A stretch of 52,515 nt of DNA. Origin: a virus. Taxonomy: Duplodnaviria > Heunggongvirae > Uroviricota > Caudoviricetes. Positions 18,856 through 26,516 of the stretch are shown here, piece after piece. The notes beneath the pieces are model-generated. The model was not told where the DNA came from and did not search any database. It saw nothing but the letters and a program-made list of their open reading frames with translations. The stretch lies in the IMG/VR virus record IMGVR_UViG_2724679237_000006, positions 1 through 52,515 of that record; one strand, written 5' to 3'. Made by a program: the position numbers and the translations under genes. How positions within the stretch are numbered: the first letter of the stretch is position 1; each line of letters starts with the position of its first letter.

Positions 18856-19653
18856 TTAACCGCGCTTCGCCTTCTGCGTCGCGGTGGTTTTTCGTGTTGC
18901 AGGCTTCCGCGTTGTCTTTTTACTTTTGCTGCTTTCGTCCTGCGCCTGCTGTGCGCTGGCAACTGGTGCGGCTGCGGAATCGGCTTTTTTCAGGGCGCGG
19001 GAAAGGGTTGCAATCTCGCGTTTCACACCTGCGTTCGGGTTCAGGTGCATCGCTTCGCGCAGCAGCTTCAGTGATGAGGCCATGCTGTCCGCATCGCTCA
19101 GGCCACGGCGGGCAAAGGCGCACGCCTTGCATAATTTGGCGCGCACTTCGTCCGGCATATCCTGGTTGGCGACAATTTCCCAAAGTGTGTCCAGTGGTTC
19201 GATAAAGGTGGACAAATCCGCGTCGGCATCCGTCCCGGCCTGCGTCAATACCGGGTTGCAGATTTCTTCGGTCAGCACTGTGGCAGCAGTACGGCCAAAG
19301 TTATCCGGCATGATGAGGTTGTGACGGACCACATACGCACCAATACGCAGCGCAAGCGGAAGATCGCCGCAGTCAATCGCCCACACCATCAGCGTGGCAA
19401 TCACTTCATCCTGCTGCCCGCCGTCAGCCTCCAGCGTTCCCTCAATCCAGCCGGAAAAGTCCGGTAACAACTCTTTTTTGATGGCGGCTTTCGCGCTTCT
19501 GGCCTGTACGCCCTTAAGCCGGGCCTGTGCCAGACGCAGACGATACAGCACCTCTTCATGCGCGGTACGCGCGGCGTGGTCCACGCCTTCATTCGCCCGG
19601 CCTGCGCGCTGTGCCATCACGTTCTGCCAGTGTTGCTGTGCAGGAGTAATCAT
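18856..19653 (-). CDS. M: Terminase endonuclease (small) subunit M
   Basis: 265 aa with basic Lys/Thr-rich C-terminus, between N and L. Confidence 0.75.
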   Translation of the reverse strand: MITPAQQHWQNVMAQRAGRANEGVDHAARTAHEEVLYRLRLAQARLKGVQARSAKAAIKKELLPDFSGWIEGTLEADGGQQDEVIATLMVWAIDCGDLPLALRIGAYVVRHNLIMPDNFGRTAATVLTEEICNPVLTQAGTDADADLSTFIEPLDTLWEIVANQDMPDEVRAKLCKACAFARRGLSDADSMASSLKLLREAMHLNPNAGVKREIATLSRALKKADSAAAPVASAQQAQDESSKSKKTTRKPATRKTTATQKAKRG

Positions 19654-19698
19654 TTTTTCTCTCCGTTACAGGCGGGCATGATGCCCGCCGTGAGTTGA

Positions 19699-20751
19699 TT
19701 AGCTGTCGGCGAACTTCAGGCCAGTGACCATCGCGCACTTGCCATAGTCTTCAACGACATAAGCGTCATTGATGGACTGGTAGGTGGCGATGCGGTTGTA
19801 TTCCGGTTCGTCTTTCATCAGACGACGCATTGAACCTTTCTGCCAGTAAATCGACAGGTTGTTGAACGAGGTGATCAGCATCGTTGAATCCGGGAAGAAC
19901 GGCGCAAGGAACACGCCCAGCCCGCCAATGGTGCGCGATGACAGAATGAGCTGCCCGGCAAGTAATTCCGCATTGGGATTCTGGCCGCTGATACTGTTCA
20001 GTACGGGCAGACGCAGCGAGTTAAACAGGTTGCGCCCCATAATCACCACAAGGTCGTCAGCTTCCTTGTGCCATTCATCCAGCAGGGATGAGCGTGCGTC
20101 CTGTACCAGTGCATCAGCGTTCGCATACTTACCCGCGTGCGCCACGGTGTTGTCCATGTTGCGGGAGGTCAGCGTCACGTCATTCATAACGCGCTCGCTG
20201 GCGTCGGTTCTGATGTGCTCCAGCCAGCCCACGTTAACGTCCTGAAGCAGCTGGTTGGTGCTGAAGTTGGACTCATCCGCGTGAGACGTGCCGTTGAAAC
20301 CGATCATGATGCGGTCAAGTGCCACCTGCCGGGCAATCTGTGCGCTGATGCGGGACTGAAAATCAGTGTGTGCCGCCCAGGCATCAAGCTGCGGATATGA
20401 AATAAACGTGTCGTAGTTCACCTGTTCGCACTGGTATTTGCGGTTTTTCAGATCAACCACGTTATTCGGGTTACGGCGTTTTGTGCCGTCATAACTGGTA
20501 TTCGTGCGTGCAATTGGCCCGGTGGTGTCCAGGAGGATTTTTTCGCCTTTCTGGTCGGTCACTCCGATCACGTTAATTCTTTTTGTAAATTCGGTGCTTT
20601 CCTTTGAGGCGTTTTCAAAACGCTGCTGCACCGAGGGGTCTACGGTAAATCGCGATACCAGTGCGGAAACCGGGATATTATTAAGCGACGCCTGCTGCGC
20701 CATATAGCAACCCAGCTTGTTGCGGGTAATATCTGACATCACCAGATTCAT
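19699..20751 (-). CDS. N: Major capsid protein N
   Basis: 350 aa; similarity to P2 gpN as recalled (KGEKI, DLVVI.GR.L, YFP.D.MLIT...NLSIY). Confidence 0.9.
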   Translation of the reverse strand: MNLVMSDITRNKLGCYMAQQASLNNIPVSALVSRFTVDPSVQQRFENASKESTEFTKRINVIGVTDQKGEKILLDTTGPIARTNTSYDGTKRRNPNNVVDLKNRKYQCEQVNYDTFISYPQLDAWAAHTDFQSRISAQIARQVALDRIMIGFNGTSHADESNFSTNQLLQDVNVGWLEHIRTDASERVMNDVTLTSRNMDNTVAHAGKYANADALVQDARSSLLDEWHKEADDLVVIMGRNLFNSLRLPVLNSISGQNPNAELLAGQLILSSRTIGGLGVFLAPFFPDSTMLITSFNNLSIYWQKGSMRRLMKDEPEYNRIATYQSINDAYVVEDYGKCAMVTGLKFADS

Positions 20752-20774
20752 AAAAAATTTGCTCCTTTGTCTTA

Positions 20775-21644
20775 TCAGAAGTCAGCCAGCTGGTCGGAGG
20801 CTGCGCCCGTTGCGGTGAACCGGTTCTGCGGATCGCCGTCCTGCGTGCGCAGTTTTTCCTTCAGTGCTGCCAGCTCTGTGGTCAGTAAAGTGATTTTCTG
20901 GCTGTCCTGCTGATGGCGGGTTTCCAGCACATTAAAACGGTCGATAATGTCGGCCTGTGACGTTGCGACACCTTCCACCGCTTCCTGAATACGGGAGAAA
21001 CTGGCGTCATCCGCTTTGCGGCCACGGCCAATAATCCCCATAACGCGGTTAAACCACTGGGTACCTTCTTCCTGACGTTGTTCGGTGAGTTCGATAAGTT
21101 CTGACTCCATAGCGGCGGTAAACATCGCCACGTCTCCCTGCTGACAGTTGAATGTCATCAGTTGCATACGTTGTTGTGCCGCAAAGGCCAGACGTTCCGT
21201 GCCCAGGCTGGCGGGGGTGTCGGTCATTGCCAGCCCGCGCAGGTAAGGGCCTCCCGTGATGGTTGACTGTGGCTCCAGCTCAATACTGGAGTAAATTTTT
21301 TTACCATCGTTAAGCAGGGACATCATGCGAGCGGTCGGCTCAATTTCGGCATACAGTGCCGTGCGACCTGCCAGCGGGCCATCGGTTATGTCTTCGGTGC
21401 TCAACCCCACAACATCGCCCATAGCGGAAAACTCGCTACCGGGGAGTGGTGACAGGATGTGCTCAATATTCACACGTGCACCATAAACGGACGGGTTATA
21501 ACTGGTGGCGGCAGCTTTCAGCATGTCGCCGTTGATTTCGCGCCCGTCTGCCGTTACACCGGAGACAGCCACGCGAAACTTTTTGCGGGTTGTTGATTTT
21601 TCATTAGCCATAGTTTTTGCCCCTCTGACTGGTCCTTCAGTCAT
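20775..21644 (-). CDS. O: Capsid scaffolding protein O
   Basis: 289 aa upstream of N, divergent from P. Confidence 0.8.
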   Translation of the reverse strand: MTEGPVRGAKTMANEKSTTRKKFRVAVSGVTADGREINGDMLKAAATSYNPSVYGARVNIEHILSPLPGSEFSAMGDVVGLSTEDITDGPLAGRTALYAEIEPTARMMSLLNDGKKIYSSIELEPQSTITGGPYLRGLAMTDTPASLGTERLAFAAQQRMQLMTFNCQQGDVAMFTAAMESELIELTEQRQEEGTQWFNRVMGIIGRGRKADDASFSRIQEAVEGVATSQADIIDRFNVLETRHQQDSQKITLLTTELAALKEKLRTQDGDPQNRFTATGAASDQLADF

Positions 21645-21765
21645 GATGGCAAAGCGTAACAGGCTGATACAAAGGGCTTTTGTTGTAAGAAAACGGCCAG
21701 AACAGGGGGTTAAGGAGAACGGTTTCGCGCGCGGGTAATCTTCCTGTAATTACTCAGGGGGAGCA

Positions 21766-23517
21766 ATGATTCAGGACGCTTTTGTGCGCCAGCGTGCGCG
21801 ACAACTTTACTGGCAGGGTTACCCGCCCGCAGAAATATCACGTCTGATGGGAATAAACCCGAACACGATTTATGCGTGGAAAAAACGCGACCAGTGGGAT
21901 GAAACGCCACCCGTGCAGCGTGTCACGCAGTCCATCGATGCGCGCCTTATCCAGCTTACTGAAAAACAGAATAAAACAGGTGGTGACTTCAAGGAAATAG
22001 ACCTGCTGACCCGGCAGCTTAAAAAACTGCATGATGGCCAGCCGGATGCGAAGGCCACAGGAAAGAAAGGCCGGGCGAAAAAACTTAAAAATCATTTCAC
22101 GCCGGAACAGATTGCCGCACTGCGGGAAAAAATTACCAGCAGGCTGGCCGGACATCAGCGCAAATGGTTTGAGGCTATCGGTGCCTGTGAGCGTGCCGGA
22201 GTTACTGACAGGATGATTCTGAAATCCCGACAGATTGGGGCGACCTGGTATTTTGCACAGGAAGCACTGCTGATGGCGTTACGTGACGATGTGGCACAAC
22301 CTTACCAGCGTAACCAGATTTTTTTGTCAGCGTCGCGTCGTCAGGCGTTCCAGTTTAAAAACATCATTCAGAAGGCTGCATCTGAAGTTGATGTGGAGCT
22401 GAAAGGGGGCGATAAAATTATCCTCTCCAACGGCGCAGAGATGCATTTTCTCGGCACTTCTGCGGCCACCGCGCAATCGTACACGGGGAATCTGTATTTT
22501 GATGAGTTTTTCTGGACGGGGCGTTTCACAGAGCTGCGCAAGGTGGCCGCTGCTATGGCAACGCTGGATGGTTTGCGGTGTACCTATTTTTCCACGCCAT
22601 CAAGTGAAACACATGAGGCGTATGCATACTGGAATGGTGATCGCTGGAATGAAGGGCTTCGTGCTCATAAACGTCAGCATTTTGATGTGAGCTGGAATGC
22701 ACTTCATAACGGCCTTATCTGCCCTGACTACATCTGGCGGCAAATTGTGACGCTGGAAGATGTGGTCAATCAGGGATGGACGTTAACCAGCATTGACAAA
22801 ATCCGACGCAATAACACTGAAGACGAGTTCCGCAATCTCTATATGTGTGAATTTGTTCGCGAAGGGGAATCGGCATTTAACCTGAATATCCTGATTGGCT
22901 GCGGTGTTGACGGATACGACGACTGGAAAGACTGGAAACCTTTTGCTCCCCGCCCGATGGGGAATCGCCCGGTATGGATTGGGTATGACGCAAACGGCAG
23001 CAGTGGCAACGGCGACAGCGGCGCTGTGTCCGTGGTGGTTCCTCCGGCTGTTCCTGGTGGCCGTTTTCGAACGGTGGAGACGCGACGCGTTCAGGGGCTG
23101 GAATTTGAAGAACAGGCCAGAGTCATTGAAGAGTTCACGTATCGCTACAACGTGGAACACATCGGCATTGATGTGACGGGCGGGAACGGGGAGGCTGTTT
23201 ATCAGATAGTGAAACGGTTTTTCCCTGCGGCTATCCCGTACACCTTCACGCTGTCATCAAAACGGTCGCTGGTACTGAAAATGCTGCAAATAATGCGTGC
23301 CGGACGGTGGGAATACGATCGCGCTGAACGTGAGCTGGTTGCGGCCTTTAACGCCGTGCGTAAGGTAAAAACGGCGGGTGGTTTCATTACTTACGAAACG
23401 GACCGTGCTAGGGGGATCAGCCACGGCGACCTTGCGTGGGCAACCATGCTTGCAGTCATTAACGAACCGATTGGCGGCGAAGGAGAAAACGAGCGTTTCA
23501 CGGTTATGGAGTTCTGA
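21766..23517 (+). CDS. P: Terminase ATPase (large) subunit P
   Basis: 583 aa, divergent from O, followed by portal. Confidence 0.85.
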   Translation: MIQDAFVRQRARQLYWQGYPPAEISRLMGINPNTIYAWKKRDQWDETPPVQRVTQSIDARLIQLTEKQNKTGGDFKEIDLLTRQLKKLHDGQPDAKATGKKGRAKKLKNHFTPEQIAALREKITSRLAGHQRKWFEAIGACERAGVTDRMILKSRQIGATWYFAQEALLMALRDDVAQPYQRNQIFLSASRRQAFQFKNIIQKAASEVDVELKGGDKIILSNGAEMHFLGTSAATAQSYTGNLYFDEFFWTGRFTELRKVAAAMATLDGLRCTYFSTPSSETHEAYAYWNGDRWNEGLRAHKRQHFDVSWNALHNGLICPDYIWRQIVTLEDVVNQGWTLTSIDKIRRNNTEDEFRNLYMCEFVREGESAFNLNILIGCGVDGYDDWKDWKPFAPRPMGNRPVWIGYDANGSSGNGDSGAVSVVVPPAVPGGRFRTVETRRVQGLEFEEQARVIEEFTYRYNVEHIGIDVTGGNGEAVYQIVKRFFPAAIPYTFTLSSKRSLVLKMLQIMRAGRWEYDRAERELVAAFNAVRKVKTAGGFITYETDRARGISHGDLAWATMLAVINEPIGGEGENERFTVMEF

Positions 23518-24563
23518 TGAGCAGAAAAAATAAAAAAGTGCGCATGAGTTCACGCATTGATCTCGCTGATGTGCTCAGGAAAGAATCGTCGCTCAGTGCA
23601 TTCACATTTGATGGTCCTTATCGCCTGACTGGGCATGACCTGCTGGACAATATGTACTGTGCTGATAACGGGCGGTGGTATGAAACCCCGGTGGACTGGT
23701 ACGGTCTGGCAAGAGCTGCCCGGCAAACGTCCTGGCATCAGTCTGCGCTTTACTTTAAGCGCAATGTATTACTCGGTTGCTACATCCCGCACCCGTTGCT
23801 TTCCCGGCAGGATTTCTCGGCGCTGGCGCTGGACTGGTTTGTGTTCGGTAACGCATTCCTTGAGCTTCGAAGCAATATGCTCGGCGAACCGCTTAAATTA
23901 CGGCACGCCCTGGCGAAATACATGCGACGCGGAAGCGATCTTGAATCATGGTGGTATGTGCAGGATGGTAAGGACGCGTTTCAGTTTCGCCCTGGTAAAG
24001 TGTGCCACCTGATGAATCCTGACATTAACCAGGAAATCTACGGCATGCCGGAATATCTCGGCGCATTACTCTCGGCCAGCCTGTCTCATTCGGCGGACAT
24101 GTTCAGAAAACTGTATTACGACAACGGATCCCACGCCGGGTGCATCATCTACATCGGTGCAGCGCAGGTAAACCGCGAAAGCATGGACTCCCTGAAAGAA
24201 ACGCTACAGGGTGCACGTGGTGGTGGTGCGTTTAAAAACGTGCTCATTCATGCGCCCAACGGGGGCAAAGAGGGGGTGCAAATTTTGCCGTTCCAGCAGA
24301 TCACCGCAAAGGATGAGTTCATGAATGTTAAGGCGGCATCCCGTGATGATGTGCTGGCTGCGCACCGCGTTCCGCCGCAACTGATGGGGGCGATGCCGGG
24401 TGAAAAAAGTGCGTTTGGTGATGTGGAGAAGGCCGCGCGGGTTTACGCAATTAACGAGCTGATGCCCGTCATGGAGGCCATGAAGCACATCAATGACTGG
24501 CTGGGCGAAGAGGTGATCCGCTTTAACCCTTACGCACTGTTAGACACCCAGCCCACAGCCTGA
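23517..24563 (+). CDS. Q: Portal protein Q
   Basis: 348 aa directly after P (ATG overlaps the P stop). Confidence 0.85.
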   Translation: MSRKNKKVRMSSRIDLADVLRKESSLSAFTFDGPYRLTGHDLLDNMYCADNGRWYETPVDWYGLARAARQTSWHQSALYFKRNVLLGCYIPHPLLSRQDFSALALDWFVFGNAFLELRSNMLGEPLKLRHALAKYMRRGSDLESWWYVQDGKDAFQFRPGKVCHLMNPDINQEIYGMPEYLGALLSASLSHSADMFRKLYYDNGSHAGCIIYIGAAQVNRESMDSLKETLQGARGGGAFKNVLIHAPNGGKEGVQILPFQQITAKDEFMNVKAASRDDVLAAHRVPPQLMGAMPGEKSAFGDVEKAARVYAINELMPVMEAMKHINDWLGEEVIRFNPYALLDTQPTA

Positions 24564-24587
24564 CGCGCTTCGCTTGTCTGCTGCTTC

Positions 24588-24612
24588 GCCGGGGCATAAA
24601 AAATTTATGCCC
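24588..24612 (+). other. Perfect hairpin (ggggcataaa-aaa-tttatgcccc) downstream of Q
   Basis: 10-bp perfect inverted repeat; no strong T-run, so function unclear (terminator or cos-region structure). Confidence 0.4.
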
Positions 24613-24984
24613 CGACTCTCCAGCTCCTGTATCAGTCAGATAATTTCACGACGCCTTCCAGTTTATCGCCACCATCGACGGTCAGACTCTTACGCAATCC
24701 CACCGCGTTGACTGTATGTTCTCGCCGCCTCAGTGCGATTTTGACGGCCTTACCTTTCAACCCATCAAATCAAAAACCCTTACGTCTTTTTCACGCTCAG
24801 CGTGAGAAATACAGCCATTCTGTTGTGTCGCTGCGACATCGCTCGGGGAATGCTATTTACCCCCTGAAACGCGGGCTGTTCCCCCGTCACCTGCGCGCAG
24901 AAAAAACGCGTTTTTTTGTGCACGCACGGATCCTTGACGGATCCAGCCACCACGCGGGCCGGAAGGGTAAAAAGTCGTTCAAAA

Positions 24985-25017
24985 AAATTGTGCAAATTTG
25001 TGCACTATTGTGCATTG
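24985..25017. repeat. Three phased TTGTGCA direct repeats (attgtgcaaa / tttgtgcact / attgtgcatt)
   Basis: 10-11 bp spacing, immediately distal to the parR terminator; candidate protein-binding iterons. Confidence 0.4.
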
Positions 25018-25022
25018 AAATA

Positions 25023-25043
25023 AACGCCCTGGAGGAGGGCGTT
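25023..25043 (-). terminator. Terminator downstream of parR
   Basis: Stem aacgccct / agggcgtt with loop ggagg; T-rich tract follows on the minus strand. Confidence 0.5.
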
Positions 25044-25096
25044 TTGCTCATCTATTTATAGCCTTGCCCCTTACTGGCCAGCGCCCTGATGTTGTG

Positions 25097-25408
25097 TTAT
25101 TCGGGAAATAACGCCCGGATATTTCCGGCTATCTGACTGGTTATCTGTGCGGTGGGCGCTGGCTGTAACATGTGGCGTTCTGCCCTGGTTTGTGTCACTG
25201 ATAACGCCTCATCATCAGCCCATGCAGACAGTCGGTAAGCCTCTGCCGGATTCATTTTCAGAAGTGCCAGCCCGGCCAGAAAAGCCACGCGTTGGCCGCT
25301 TTTGCGGGCTTCTGGTGTAAGGCTGTCCAGCCAGTCGCATGCTTTGCCTTCGTTCTTGACGGCGGCTGGCTTCAGATAGAAACTTATTCTTCTGGTTAAT
25401 GTCGCCAT
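25097..25408 (-). CDS. parR: ParR-like centromere-binding adaptor
   Basis: Aligns with plasmid R1 ParR as recalled: ISFYLKP...CDWLDS...ER......A.LAGLAL....P and C-terminal I.GNIRALFP. Confidence 0.8.
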   Translation of the reverse strand: MATLTRRISFYLKPAAVKNEGKACDWLDSLTPEARKSGQRVAFLAGLALLKMNPAEAYRLSAWADDEALSVTQTRAERHMLQPAPTAQITSQIAGNIRALFPE

Positions 25409-25414
25409 GGAGGG

Positions 25415-26374
25415 TTACTCCTTATCCATAGCGTACAGACCGTTAACCAGAGCAAACTGTGGCACCCCGTCTGTGATGAAATTCGCATTGACTCCATAGA
25501 CTTCATGGACTGCGGGTGCCACAATCTCCGCTCCTCCACCGACAACCAGCACCCGCCCGTAACCCGAAAAGCCCGCGAGTGCGCGGATCACGCGTTGTTT
25601 TAGTGTCTCCTCCTTTTCACGAATAACTGCCATCAGGCTGTTGTAATGCGCGTCATTGTGGATGTGCCGGCGCAGCCAGGCTTCATCGTGACGATGTTCA
25701 ATAACGGTACTGGCGACGTGGTGACTGGTACGCATGCCGTTGGCGGCCATCACCGACAACACGGCATCGGTCATCAGGGAAACGCCCACATGTGGATCGC
25801 AAAATACCTGGCTGATGCCTGCCAGTTGCCCCTGAACCTTTGCCACATCCAGCGTTGTTCCGCCTAAATCCACAATCAGCAGAGATTCAAACGGACTCAT
25901 GTCAGCCAGTGCCTTAAAGCCAGCCGGAATGGATTCAGGCATAACCCGCACGTTGCGGATAGTGAATGCTTCACCGTTCTGGTACTCCACAGGGCGCAGG
26001 ACATTCGCTTTTTTGCGGTTGATGTTGGCCATGTCCGGCTGTGCGTTTGTATCGAAATACTCGCTCAGTGGCAGAGTGACAACCACGTCCACTTCCTGTG
26101 GTGTGATACCTGATTTGACCAGCGCGTGATGAATGGCAATGACATTCACATCGCTGTACTGGTATTGCGTGTCGGTCGTCTGGACAAAGCGATCGCTGAC
26201 CGGATCAAAACCATAGCGCACGCCATCAAGCATGTAGTTCGCGGGCTGCGTGCCACCGAACGGCGCAGACCATTCCGACTTGAAGCTGTTCGGGCTGATG
26301 GCGTTGCGGCGTTCGCCGTTCTCAGTCCATGCCAGCTTGATGTTGGTGGAGCCGTCGTCGATGCAAATTTTCAT
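25415..26374 (-). CDS. parM: ParM actin-like segregation ATPase
   Basis: MKICIDDGSTNIKLAW...ISPNSF...YSDVNV.A.HHAL..SG......VD.V.T.PL.E......IDLGGTTLD...GGGAE match R1 ParM/StbA along the full length. Confidence 0.9.
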   Translation of the reverse strand: MKICIDDGSTNIKLAWTENGERRNAISPNSFKSEWSAPFGGTQPANYMLDGVRYGFDPVSDRFVQTTDTQYQYSDVNVIAIHHALVKSGITPQEVDVVVTLPLSEYFDTNAQPDMANINRKKANVLRPVEYQNGEAFTIRNVRVMPESIPAGFKALADMSPFESLLIVDLGGTTLDVAKVQGQLAGISQVFCDPHVGVSLMTDAVLSVMAANGMRTSHHVASTVIEHRHDEAWLRRHIHNDAHYNSLMAVIREKEETLKQRVIRALAGFSGYGRVLVVGGGAEIVAPAVHEVYGVNANFITDGVPQFALVNGLYAMDKE

Positions 26375-26402
26375 GTCGATTTTCCTTATGTTGATTAATT
26401 AA

Positions 26403-26516
26403 TCGTTTACGGGATTCTGAAATCCCGCTTTTGCCTGTTTTGTGCGCGTTTCATATATCGCGGCGTGTTTTTCGCTCATTTACGGGATTTGTGAATCCCG
26501 TTTCTGTCTGTTTTTT
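26403..26516. repeat. parC-like centromere: two ~40-bp direct repeats each with a 16-bp palindrome, upstream of parM
   Basis: tttacgggattctgaaatcccg...ctgtttt (26404-26442) and tttacgggatttgtgaatcccg...ctgtttt (26476-26516); inner palindromes gggattctgaaatccc and gggatttgtgaatccc. Confidence 0.55.

Noticed and set aside
24708-25061. ORF 24708-25061 (117 aa) in the Q-parR intergenic region
   Set aside because: Low-complexity translation spanning palindromes and repeats; more likely a non-coding regulatory or packaging region.
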